Assembly: GCA_965223865.1 (NCBI GenBank)
Contig: OZ245020.1
Location: forward strand, 1,792,001-1,856,000
Direction of reading: 5' to 3'
DNA length: 64,000 bases
DNA from: Nitrosarchaeum sp.
GTDB taxonomy: Archaea > Thermoproteota > Nitrososphaeria > Nitrososphaerales > Nitrosopumilaceae
Under the pieces are notes generated by a model, which had not been told where the DNA came from, did no database searches, and was given only the letters and a program-made list of their open reading frames with translations. Position numbers and translations under genes: made by a program. Positions 19,802 to 28,361 of the stretch are shown piece after piece; position 1 is the first letter of the stretch, and every line of letters begins with the position of its first letter.

Positions 19802-21136
19802 TTATTTTTTTAAATAAGATTGTATTTTAGGCATGCAAAGAATAGAGCTATGGGCTGCTGAATCAGTACCTATTCCGTAACTAATAGTAGAATCCCCTAC
19901 AAAAAACAACCCCTTAATGCTAGGAATTTCATGTGGCATTTTTGATTTCCATACCAATCCAGGTTCTTTTACAACTGATTCCACAAGATTCCAAGCCATT
20001 GGGCGTTCCCAAAGTAGTGATTCCTCAAATTGAGGGTAAATCGAAGAGATTTCTTTTTTCATTGTATTTACGATCATACGTATTTGTTTTGGATCATCAG
20101 TGACAGAGGGATCTACTGGAGTTCCAGCAATTATCAAATGTTCTCCCGGAGGAGAAACTGATGAAGTAATGTTTGAAATGAAAAAAATTCCTTTTGTAGT
20201 ATAATTATCACCGACTGGAAAAACTACTTGTCTTGTATCAAGTTGAGATTTTAAGGCAAAATGAACCTCTACTACTGCAGTTTTTTTGTTTAACTTGTTT
20301 ATCTCTTTTACAAATTTTTCATCAAATACATCTCTGTCAAACAATTGATTAATTGCCATGTAAGCAGGGTAAGAAATCACAACACAGTTTGTCGGAATAA
20401 AATCATTACTGTTTGTTACTATTCCTGTTACTTTAGAATTTTCAATAATAATTTTTTTTACAGAGCAGTTTAGCTCAACATTACCATCATTTTCTTCAAT
20501 GTATTGGGCCAAAATTTTTGAAATTGAATCATATCCACCGTCTTCAGGATAAGCAAATTCACTTGTTCCTCCTTTGAAAGGATTGGCACGGATTATTGTC
20601 CTTGCAAATTCACCTAAAGAAATATGATCAACAGTATCAGCAAAAGCCAACATGCATACTGCCTCAAAAAATGCATTTGTTTCAGGATCTAATTTGGAAG
20701 TTATTTCTTTTAGAGAAAGGTTATCCCATTCTTCTGTTTTTTCAATGGAGGTAAAAGCCATCGGGAGAAGTACTTTCAAAAGTTTGATTCTACTTTTTAA
20801 TGGAATCAGAGAAAGGCGTAAAAGGTCATTCATTCCTTTAGGATATTTGTGAAATCCTGAATCAGAATGAAAGGCAATATTGTCAACTTTGGCAAGTTTT
20901 AGTTTTGATTCAATTTCTAATGATTTTAAAACAGTGAAAATTGCAGATTTTTTGTAAAAGGGCATAATATGAAAGCCATTATCTAGAATATGGTTTTTAA
21001 ATTTCATAGAGGCAGTTCTGCCACCTAATTTTGAGGATTTTTCAATAATTCTTACAGGATGTCCTTTTTGTGCAAGCATAGCACCTGTGGTTAGTCCACC
21101 CACTCCTGCTCCAATAATGTAAATGGGTTCCCTCAT
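19802..21136 (-). CDS. FAD-dependent oxidoreductase, phytoene desaturase/amine oxidase superfamily
   Basis: IIGAGVGGL..EK...LGGR, DNGFH, YP.DGG...I, GLFFVGD. Confidence 0.88.
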   Translation of the reverse strand: MREPIYIIGAGVGGLTTGAMLAQKGHPVRIIEKSSKLGGRTASMKFKNHILDNGFHIMPFYKKSAIFTVLKSLEIESKLKLAKVDNIAFHSDSGFHKYPKGMNDLLRLSLIPLKSRIKLLKVLLPMAFTSIEKTEEWDNLSLKEITSKLDPETNAFFEAVCMLAFADTVDHISLGEFARTIIRANPFKGGTSEFAYPEDGGYDSISKILAQYIEENDGNVELNCSVKKIIIENSKVTGIVTNSNDFIPTNCVVISYPAYMAINQLFDRDVFDEKFVKEINKLNKKTAVVEVHFALKSQLDTRQVVFPVGDNYTTKGIFFISNITSSVSPPGEHLIIAGTPVDPSVTDDPKQIRMIVNTMKKEISSIYPQFEESLLWERPMAWNLVESVVKEPGLVWKSKMPHEIPSIKGLFFVGDSTISYGIGTDSAAHSSILCMPKIQSYLKK

Positions 21137-21157
21137 GAATAATTTTTTATTTTTTTC

Positions 21158-21194
21158 TATTTATGCAGGTGCCAAATAATTTACATAGTGCTAA
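21158..21194 (-). promoter_or_regulatory. Promoter with TTAGCACTA box (FAD oxidoreductase gene)
   Basis: Minus strand TTAGCACTA-N21-ATAAATA; second copy TTGGCACCT inside the spacer. Confidence 0.7.
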
Positions 21195-21644
21195 CTATTT
21201 GGACAAATTATAAGAATTAAATTTCTCAGTAGATTTAATAAACTGATCCATTACTGAACTCATCTGATTTGCAAGATAATCTTCTAAGAATCCAAATAAC
21301 TTGAAAAATCCATTTAATCTTAATCTTACATCAATTGAAATAACTGTTCCATCATCAGATTTTACATATGACTCTACAAATACAGTCCCCTTAGTAGGCC
21401 CACTAAGAATATAGATTTCGTGATTTGAGGGTTTTTTAATTACATGTTTTGTTTTTATTTTTAGGGGAATTCCAAGAAATTTTATTTTTTCTAAAACAAT
21501 TTTTTCATTCTTTGTTTGTCTAATGATTTTTAATGATTTAAAATAATCAGGCATTACCTGATGAAAATTTTCGACATCAGTACTTAAATGAAATATTCTT
21601 TCTTGAGATAATGAAGAATTTCTCGTTAGAGTAAAATGTTTCAT
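21195..21644 (-). CDS. SRPBCC/START-fold (polyketide cyclase-like) protein
   Basis: IF.L.TDVEN..Q.MP pattern, GPTKG, C-terminal helix. Confidence 0.75.
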   Translation of the reverse strand: MKHFTLTRNSSLSQERIFHLSTDVENFHQVMPDYFKSLKIIRQTKNEKIVLEKIKFLGIPLKIKTKHVIKKPSNHEIYILSGPTKGTVFVESYVKSDDGTVISIDVRLRLNGFFKLFGFLEDYLANQMSSVMDQFIKSTEKFNSYNLSK

Positions 21645-21647
21645 ATC

Positions 21648-21824
21648 TTAATCACTATTTTCAGATAATGAGAAATTTGTTTGTATATTTTCAAGGTTAT
21701 TGTAATTACTTTTTTTGATTTTCAAGCGAACTAAGGATGAAAGACAAACGTTCAGTTTTTTTGGATTTTCATCAGAATTCAAATTTTTTGTAGATTGGGA
21801 CAGGAAAGACAATTCAGTAATCAT
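21648..21824 (-). CDS. Putative 58-aa microprotein
   Basis: ATG 21824 to TAA 21648, directly upstream of SRPBCC, behind a boxed promoter; low complexity. Confidence 0.35.
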   Translation of the reverse strand: MITELSFLSQSTKNLNSDENPKKLNVCLSSLVRLKIKKSNYNNLENIQTNFSLSENSD

Positions 21825-21840
21825 ACTTTTTTGTTTTTAG

Positions 21841-21876
21841 TATTTATGAAGAAAAGAAATTATTTCATAGTGCCAA
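21841..21876 (-). promoter_or_regulatory. Promoter with TTGGCACTA box (microprotein-SRPBCC unit)
   Basis: Minus strand TTGGCACTA-N20-ATAAATA. Confidence 0.65.
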
Positions 21877-21909
21877 TAATTTGTTATTGTATTAATATTT
21901 AGGAGCGAA

Positions 21910-21945
21910 TTAGCACTAGATTATAATTTTTAGGACATTAAAATA
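21910..21945 (+). promoter_or_regulatory. Promoter with TTAGCACTA box (21968/22133 unit)
   Basis: TTAGCACTA-N19-TTAAAATA. Confidence 0.62.
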
Positions 21946-21967
21946 TCTTAAAAAAGAAAAACAAGCT

Positions 21968-22123
21968 ATGGAAGAAAATCTTTCAATTTCATATGGAGTT
22001 GAATCAGGTTATGCGATGATTGAGAATAAAGAGTTTGGTTTGATTGAAAACATCTCAAAGGTGTTATCTAAAGTAAGAGAACTTGAGAGCCAAACAGCAA
22101 TAGTAATTCAAGTCTCAGGATAA
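21968..22123 (+). CDS. Putative 51-aa microprotein (MEENLSISYGVESG...)
   Basis: ATG 22 bp after a TATA box; protein-like composition; 9 bp before the next ORF. Confidence 0.55.
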   Translation: MEENLSISYGVESGYAMIENKEFGLIENISKVLSKVRELESQTAIVIQVSG

Positions 22124-22132
22124 AAAACTAAA

Positions 22133-22363
22133 ATGAGTAAATTAAAACCATATAGACCAAGCATCATAACAGCATTTGGAGTAATCTTTTTGATTTCAGC
22201 AATAATTATTCCAATTCAAAATTTGATTGTGTGGGGTCCAGATTTTGTGATGGAGTTTTACACATCGTCTCAAATAACTTCAGAGAAAATATCAATTGGA
22301 GTGATTGCATTTGGTCTTGCATTAATTTTGATAGGTTATAAAAAGCAAGTCTATGTTGAATAG
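22133..22363 (+). CDS. Small membrane protein (2 TM)
   Basis: Two hydrophobic segments in 76 aa. Confidence 0.7.
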   Translation: MSKLKPYRPSIITAFGVIFLISAIIIPIQNLIVWGPDFVMEFYTSSQITSEKISIGVIAFGLALILIGYKKQVYVE

Positions 22364-22374
22364 AAGTTTAATAA

Positions 22375-22410
22375 TTACCACTAGTTACAAAAACAAATCT
22401 GGCTTAAATA
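22375..22410 (+). promoter_or_regulatory. Promoter with TTACCACTA box upstream of the second tfb
   Basis: TTACCACTA-N20-TTAAATA. Confidence 0.6.
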
Positions 22411-22589
22411 ATTTTAAAACCAAATTTAATTATGATAGTAAAATCATCTTACCAAGAAAAAAACAGAAATTCATTAGTATATGTAAATTCTAAAATCAAA
22501 ATTTGTATTAATTATAGTAATTACAAAATAAAATTTCATGAGTTTGGAGTATCCTGTAAATATTATGGAGAACCATTTTGGAGGATAAA

Positions 22590-23495
22590 ATGTTAACCGA
22601 ACTTGTGCATCAACAAAATTGCAACAAAAATAAAATAATTACAGATTTAGATACTGGGGAAATTGCATGTAGTAATTGTGGTGCAGTATCACATGAAAAA
22701 CCAATTGAATTTGGACCAGAAATTTCTGGAATTACAAAAGAAGAATATCTTAAAACATCTCGAGTTGGAAGGAAAATTTCATTAAAAATAGCCGATATGG
22801 GCTTATCGACAATAATAGAGTCACAAGATAAGGATGCTACTGGAAAGTACTTATCAAAAGAGAATCGTAGAATGTTTTATCGCCTTCGTATGTGGGATAG
22901 AAATAGTCGTTCTGCAAATACTGTAAAATCATTGCAAAAAGCATTTCTTTTACTTGATGGAATTAGAGCAAAACTTAATCTTCCTGAACCAGTTGTAGAA
23001 CATACAGCCTATCTTTTTAGAAAAATTTCAGCAAAAAAAATTCTTAGCGGCAGAACTACTTCAGGAATTCTTTGTGCTACAGTGTACATTGCATGTAGAT
23101 TAACAAACACACCTAGAACCATACAAGATGTTGCCGATGCTGGAAATATCAAAAGAAAAAACTTACAGAGAATTTACAGATTTTTAATAAAAGAGCTAAA
23201 CATCTTTCCTAATGCATATAATCCACATGAATTTATTACAAGAATTTCAAAAACTATTAGCATTTCAGAAAAAACAGAAAGACTTGCATTTAACATTGTT
23301 TTGTTGACAGAAAAAATAGGAATATCTACAAGCAAGAATCCAATGGCAATGGCAGCAGCATCTATTCATTTGGCATCCTTGAAAAATAATGAAAAAGTTT
23401 CACAATTAAAAATTTCAGAGGCATCAGGTATAAGTGCTGTAACAATTAGGGATCGAGCAAAAGAGATCAAAGAAAGATTAGGAGGTGAAATTTAG
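22590..23495 (+). CDS. tfb: Transcription factor IIB paralog (alternative TFB)
   Basis: Zn ribbon (C..CSNCG), RLRMWD, cyclin repeats, GISAVTIRDR; GGAGG RBS before ATG 22590. Confidence 0.92.
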   Translation: MLTELVHQQNCNKNKIITDLDTGEIACSNCGAVSHEKPIEFGPEISGITKEEYLKTSRVGRKISLKIADMGLSTIIESQDKDATGKYLSKENRRMFYRLRMWDRNSRSANTVKSLQKAFLLLDGIRAKLNLPEPVVEHTAYLFRKISAKKILSGRTTSGILCATVYIACRLTNTPRTIQDVADAGNIKRKNLQRIYRFLIKELNIFPNAYNPHEFITRISKTISISEKTERLAFNIVLLTEKIGISTSKNPMAMAAASIHLASLKNNEKVSQLKISEASGISAVTIRDRAKEIKERLGGEI

Positions 23496-23677
23496 TGGGA
23501 AGAACATGTAGAGGTATTTGCCAAATGCACAAAGCCGAACCTGTTCCAAATAAACTCAGATATGAAGTTGGTCAGAAGCGATGTACGTTTTGTGGAATAT
23601 TTATGTCAGTTGAAGATACTAGATGTATTTGTTGCAAGGCAGTCCTAAGAACAAAGGCAAGAGGGAAAAAGAATTAG
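23495..23677 (+). CDS. Cys-rich small protein (Zn-binding)
   Basis: Cx3C, CxxC, CxCC; GGAGGTGA RBS; overlaps the tfb stop. Confidence 0.8.
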   Translation: MGRTCRGICQMHKAEPVPNKLRYEVGQKRCTFCGIFMSVEDTRCICCKAVLRTKARGKKN

Positions 23678-24294
23678 ATTTCGTTTTTTAGTTCAGAGAG
23701 AAAATTTTTCATAATTCTAGTTCTCCTTTTGGCCTCAATTTTAGCAGATTTTGTGTTCATTAAAGATTCTAATTTCAATAGTTTCTGATAGAAATGATCC
23801 AGAGTCCAATTTTTGTCATCAGCTGTCCGTTTTTTACAAAATGGGTCTTTTTTGTTGTAAAATGATCGTTTTTCTGATCCTCCAACGGCAAAAACTCTAG
23901 CAATTCCTATTGCACCAATTGCATCTAGCCTATCTGCATCTTGAAGTATTTTTCCTTCTAAAGTTTGCGGAGTTTTTCCTCTAGAAAAACTATGATCACG
24001 AATTGCATCTGAGATTATTCTAAGTTCTTTAGAAGAATAGCCTAAATTTTTTAGAATCTTTTTTGCTTCTTGGGCACTCTTTATTGATGAAAGTTTTGAG
24101 CGCGGGTCTGATTTAGGGTAGGAGATGATATCATGTAATAATACTGCACTTAGCACAAGTTTTTCATTTGCTTTTTCTTTTTTGCATAATTTCTGTGCGT
24201 TTTTGTATACTCTCATAACATGATTAAAATCATGGGCAGAATCATTTTTCATTCTTTGCTGCACTTGTTTTTGTAGTAAATCAACAGAATCCAT
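23674..24294 (-). CDS. HD-domain phosphohydrolase
   Basis: AHD..HV.RV, LLHDI, QDADRLDAIGAIG. Confidence 0.92.
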   Translation of the reverse strand: MDSVDLLQKQVQQRMKNDSAHDFNHVMRVYKNAQKLCKKEKANEKLVLSAVLLHDIISYPKSDPRSKLSSIKSAQEAKKILKNLGYSSKELRIISDAIRDHSFSRGKTPQTLEGKILQDADRLDAIGAIGIARVFAVGGSEKRSFYNKKDPFCKKRTADDKNWTLDHFYQKLLKLESLMNTKSAKIEAKRRTRIMKNFLSELKNEI

Positions 24295-24930
24295 TTAGAA
24301 TCTCCAGAGTTTTGGTTTGACAAATTTGATTTTTCTTTGTGTTATTAAGAGCGACCAGTTAATGGATGCAAAAAGCACTATTACTCCAACACCAACTCCA
24401 TCTACAAGTAAAATTCCTGTAAGTCTATCTTCAAAAATTTCGAGGAATGGTTGTAAAACGGCATTTCCAAAATATATCATTACAATATATGACAAGAATC
24501 GTCCAAACCAAAATCCAATGTAAATACCAATACTTTTTGCCCTCATTAAACCATATGTGATAAAAAGCATGTTACTGGGAAGAGGAGTTGCACCAAAAAG
24601 AAAAGATGCAATCAAATATCCAAATTTTTTTTGATTTAGGTAATCTCCAATAATATCAAGATTTGATTTTTGTTCTTTTCCTACAAATCTTCTAAAAAGA
24701 CTACTAATTCTTTTCAGCAAAAATCTACCTATTGTTGCAGCAGTAGCTCCAACCATTGCAAGTGAGATAATATTCAAACTAGGATCAAGTAGGTAAAAAG
24801 AAGTCAATATGATCCAGCTTGGTGGCATCAGAATTGGGGCAACATTTACTCCAAATAATACAAGAAAAATACCTACATAGGACCATTCTGCAAAGATTTC
24901 AAAAATATCTGCCATCTTTTGATTAATCAA
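24295..24930 (-). CDS. DedA/VTT-like membrane protein
   Basis: Multiple TM segments, GA.AATIG, ATPLPS. Confidence 0.7.
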   Translation of the reverse strand: MINQKMADIFEIFAEWSYVGIFLVLFGVNVAPILMPPSWIILTSFYLLDPSLNIISLAMVGATAATIGRFLLKRISSLFRRFVGKEQKSNLDIIGDYLNQKKFGYLIASFLFGATPLPSNMLFITYGLMRAKSIGIYIGFWFGRFLSYIVMIYFGNAVLQPFLEIFEDRLTGILLVDGVGVGVIVLFASINWSLLITQRKIKFVKPKLWRF

Positions 24931-25100
24931 ATAGATTTTTGTTTCTAAACCCTTGGATTCTGCTTTACTTGTGAAAAAATTTTGTTTTTATCACAAAACC
25001 TCAAAAAATCTCAAGATTATGAAAGTATTGATGACGATTTTTAAAAAAATTGGATCAATTATTCAATATCCTTATAAGGAAAAAATACCTATAAATACAC

Positions 25101-25223
25101 ATGTCTGAGGTAGTCTGGAAATGTTATAGATGCAATCTTTCTTTTAACGATGAGGGCATCGCAGAAATGCATAAAAAAATTGAAAAGCATTCAGTAAGCA
25201 AAGTAAAGCCAATAACTGCTTAA
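25101..25223 (+). CDS. 40-aa C2H2-type zinc-finger microprotein
   Basis: MSEVVWKCYRCNLSFNDEGIAEMHKKIEKH...: CxxC-x3-F-x8-H-x5-H; TTATAA upstream. Confidence 0.75.
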   Translation: MSEVVWKCYRCNLSFNDEGIAEMHKKIEKHSVSKVKPITA

Positions 25224-25270
25224 TTTATAGAAAAAATTTACAATTTATCAAAATTTTACATAAAGGATAG

Positions 25271-25371
25271 TGCAGAGGGTGGGATTTGAACCCACGAACT
25301 CCTGAGAGAAGGGATTTCCTATTTTGAGGATCTTGAGTCCCTCTCGGTTGACCGGGCTTCGATACCTCTGC
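25271..25371 (-). tRNA. tRNA-Leu(CAA) with 16-nt intron (25316-25331)
   Basis: Acceptor GCAGAGG/CCTCTGC-A, anticodon arm AGGGA-CT-CAA-G[intron]A-TCCCT, long variable arm, GTGGG-TTCAAAT-CCCAC. Confidence 0.93.
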
Positions 25372-25504
25372 AAGGAGATTTGATATCGACCGATATTTTT
25401 CGATTACTATTGGATTGTTTTGAAAATGAGATCGGCATATTAAAAAAATCAAAAAGCTATTTTTAAAAAAGCTTTTAATTGTGTGAAATTGAGTCAAAAT
25501 CAGA

Positions 25505-25819
25505 ATGGCTGAATTTATCCCAATTTCACAAGTAAAAAAAATGCGAAGTGGAATCAATGCAAAAGCTGAAGTAAAGAGTAAAGGAGATCCAAGAACGGTT
25601 AATCTCAAGACTGGTGGAACCGTTGATGTATGTGATGCAATCATTGCAGATGGTGAAACTGAAGATGATCAAATGAAATTAACATTATGGGGAGATGACA
25701 TCAAAGCAGTAAATGTAGGAGATGTAGTAGTAATAACAAATGGATACACCAATGAGTTCAAAGGAGAGGTTTCCTTAACAAAAGGCAAGTATGGCCAAAT
25801 GGAAATAAATCCTCAATAA
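25505..25819 (+). CDS. Single OB-fold ssDNA-binding protein (SSB/RPA-like)
   Basis: LTLWG, GDVVVITNGY..EFKG..SL..GKYG. Confidence 0.88.
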   Translation: MAEFIPISQVKKMRSGINAKAEVKSKGDPRTVNLKTGGTVDVCDAIIADGETEDDQMKLTLWGDDIKAVNVGDVVVITNGYTNEFKGEVSLTKGKYGQMEINPQ

Positions 25820-25894
25820 ACTAATTTTGAAAATTAGTTTTTCATTGTTTTAATTATCTTTTAAAATAGTTCAGAAATTAAATTGTAGTAAAAA

Positions 25895-26845
25895 TTATTT
25901 TCGAGTTTTTTTCTTTGTAGCTACTTTCTTTGCTGGTTTCTTTGTAGCTACTTTCTTTGCTGGTTTCTTTGTAGCTACTTTCTTTGCTGGTTTCTTTGTA
26001 GCTACTTTCTTTGCTGGTTTCTTTGTAGCTACTTTCTTTGCTGGTTTCTTTGTAGCTACTTTCTTTGCTGGTTTCTTTGTAGCTACTTTCTTTGCTGGTT
26101 TCTTTGTAGCTACTTTCTTTGCTGGTTTCTTTGTAGCTACTTTCTTTGCTGGTTTCTTTGTAGCTACTTTCTTTGCTGGTTTCTTTGTAGCTACTTTCTT
26201 TGCTGGTTTCCTCTTAAGATAATCTTGAAGCCGTTTTGTGGCTCTTTCGAGAGCCTTTTTAGCAGATTCCTCTGCTCTTGACCTTCTTTCAAGTTCTACT
26301 GCAAGTTTTTGGACCTCTTTATGACTTGAGGCCATTTTTTCTCTCAAAGCAGGTTTTGAATGAGTCTGTTTTTGGATTTTGGAAGTAATTGTCGATTTTA
26401 TATTACTGAATTTGGCAATATCATCAGAAATCTTTTTAGCAGTTTTTGTTCTATTTTTTATCTCAAGTTCTAGTTCTTGAACATGATCTTTGAGGGATCT
26501 TAATCTCGATTCGGCATACCCTTTTTCTTCAGGATTATCAGCAAATTCAATTTCTTGTTCGGCTTGAGCGATTGCATCTTTTTCAAGGGTTAATCGTTCC
26601 TTAGCAGTAGAGATTAATCTTTCAATGCTTTCTATTTGAGCATTTTTTTGAACAAGAGTTTCAGAAACATCTGATGCATCTTCTTTTTGAGATTCAATTT
26701 TTTTCTCTATGGTGTTTAATCCTGAGGATGATCTTCTTTCAAGAGATTTGTATTCTTTTAATTGCTTTTCAGCTTTATTTTTTAATCTAGTAGCTTCTCG
26801 TTTCTTTTTTCTTAGATCATTAACTAATTTTTCTAGAGTTACCAA
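25895..26845 (-). CDS. Coiled-coil protein with histone H1-like Lys/Ala/Pro C-terminal tail
   Basis: ~210-aa heptad-rich region followed by (KPAKKVATK)x11. Confidence 0.85.
   Translation of the reverse strand: MVTLEKLVNDLRKKKREATRLKNKAEKQLKEYKSLERRSSSGLNTIEKKIESQKEDASDVSETLVQKNAQIESIERLISTAKERLTLEKDAIAQAEQEIEFADNPEEKGYAESRLRSLKDHVQELELEIKNRTKTAKKISDDIAKFSNIKSTITSKIQKQTHSKPALREKMASSHKEVQKLAVELERRSRAEESAKKALERATKRLQDYLKRKPAKKVATKKPAKKVATKKPAKKVATKKPAKKVATKKPAKKVATKKPAKKVATKKPAKKVATKKPAKKVATKKPAKKVATKKPAKKVATKKPAKKVATKKKTRK
25911..26210. repeat. Perfect 27-bp coding tandem repeat, ~11 copies
   Basis: Unit ttctttgtagctactttctttgctggt, no spacers. Confidence 0.97.
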
Positions 26846-26981
26846 TGTCTAAACCAAAGCCTGAGACTCGGTTAAGTTGTTATTATAATCAGGATTTGAC
26901 TTACCAGTTAAGAAAATTAACATAATTTGATCCTATTGGACATTTTTAAAAAATATTAGTCAAAGCGTCTTAGAAAAATTA

Positions 26982-27293
26982 ATGGATTTTCATCCAAAGG
27001 ATTTACCAGTTGCCAAGACATTTGATCTAAAAGACGTCAAAGACGCAAACGATGCAGTTGAGGAGATGGTAAAGATGGGTTTCAGTCAGAGAAAAGAGGG
27101 ATTCAGGGTATTTATGCCAAAAGAAACAAAATTAGCAAAAAGAATAGGATTCACTATTACCACCGGAGTGACAGCAGGTCTTAGAGAGAAAAACGAAATT
27201 AGAGATGTCAAGTACTGGACATATCACCATGACAAAGAACATTATGCCATAGTTTTGATTAGCAATACAGCTCTAACAGAGTTAGGATTTTGA
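26982..27293 (+). CDS. Hypothetical protein
   Basis: 103-aa ORF with upstream TATA-like element. Confidence 0.75.
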   Translation: MDFHPKDLPVAKTFDLKDVKDANDAVEEMVKMGFSQRKEGFRVFMPKETKLAKRIGFTITTGVTAGLREKNEIRDVKYWTYHHDKEHYAIVLISNTALTELGF

Positions 27294-27950
27294 TTTTTCA
27301 AATATTTTATACAATTTTGTTCTTTTTGCCATGACACCGGTAAGCATTATACCTAGAATTGCACCACCAAGAACATCCATAGGATAGTGTTGAAGAACAT
27401 AGACCCTGCTTATTGATACAAGTATTGGATAGAGGAAGAGCAAATAGGCACCTCTCGGGAATCGTTCAGATAAGGCATACCCAAGAACAACTCCAAATAT
27501 TACAGATCTTGCTGCATGGCCTGATGGATAAGAGGCATTAAAACCGCCTTCACAAAATAGCGCAAATGTATCACGGCTAATATCAACTGGAAAAGGTACA
27601 CCTTCATATTCAAAATCAGGTCTGTCCCTATCAACCCCACATTTGATGTATCCTGTAAGGAGAGTTGATAGTACTATCAATATCATAAGAGTTATCCCGA
27701 TCCTCCTAGTCTTTTTTAGTGCAAGCATTAAGATTCCAAATCCCAACATGTAAAAAGTATCTCCAGTTTCAGTAATTATCTGCATAATTAGATCAGCAGA
27801 GTCATTTCCAGAACTTTCAATAACAAACGAAACGATTGATTGATCAAATTCTTCAGTAATTTCATAGATTACTAACAGGGATACAAAAACAAAAGCTCCA
27901 ACCAGTAAAACAAAGGAACGTGATCTGATATCAAAAATCCAATTTTTCAA
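27282..27950 (-). CDS. PAP2-family membrane phosphatase
   Basis: K..V.R.RP, SYPSGH, SRVY...HYP.DV. Confidence 0.93.
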   Translation of the reverse strand: MKNWIFDIRSRSFVLLVGAFVFVSLLVIYEITEEFDQSIVSFVIESSGNDSADLIMQIITETGDTFYMLGFGILMLALKKTRRIGITLMILIVLSTLLTGYIKCGVDRDRPDFEYEGVPFPVDISRDTFALFCEGGFNASYPSGHAARSVIFGVVLGYALSERFPRGAYLLFLYPILVSISRVYVLQHYPMDVLGGAILGIMLTGVMAKRTKLYKIFEKSKS

Positions 27951-28012
27951 TTAACCAAACCTCAAGTATGTTACGTTTAATTTTTCTCAATTGGTAAAGC
28001 TTTGGAAATAAG

Positions 28013-28360
28013 CTAGATACTAGATTTGCAAGATTCATTTGGACAAGTTCTAGATTCTGAAGCCCCTAGATAAACATCAAAATTACAAGTGTTACAATGA
28101 TATTTTTCAATAGGATCAAAGAGCTTTAGCCATATCGTAGTAAAATTCTGAGCGATGTTTCTTGTAAGACCAGAATCACAAATTTCTTTAATATATGGTT
28201 CAATATCATCAACAATCCAGGATGGATCTAAATCTCCATTTTGTTTTAATTTTTCAAAAATTTCATCATTTGTAAATCTTGCATCAACATCGTTGTGTTG
28301 TTCAAAAATTATTTTTCTAATTTGAAGTGAAATTGGAGTTGAAGGAGTAAAATCACCCAT
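28013..28360 (-). CDS. Hypothetical protein with C-terminal Cys4 motif, last gene of the suf operon
   Basis: CNTC..CPNESC; abuts sufU. Confidence 0.7.
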   Translation of the reverse strand: MGDFTPSTPISLQIRKIIFEQHNDVDARFTNDEIFEKLKQNGDLDPSWIVDDIEPYIKEICDSGLTRNIAQNFTTIWLKLFDPIEKYHCNTCNFDVYLGASESRTCPNESCKSSI

Positions 28361-28361
28361 A

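Noticed and set aside
3711-25371. Integrated element or provirus at the tRNA genes
   Set aside because: No integrase, no duplicated tRNA 3' end and no viral hallmark genes seen
25225-25644. 139-aa minus-strand ORF
   Set aside because: Overlaps tRNA-Leu and is antisense to SSB; spurious
25911-26210. CRISPR array
   Set aside because: The 27-bp units are contiguous with no spacers, are in frame within a CDS, and no cas genes are present
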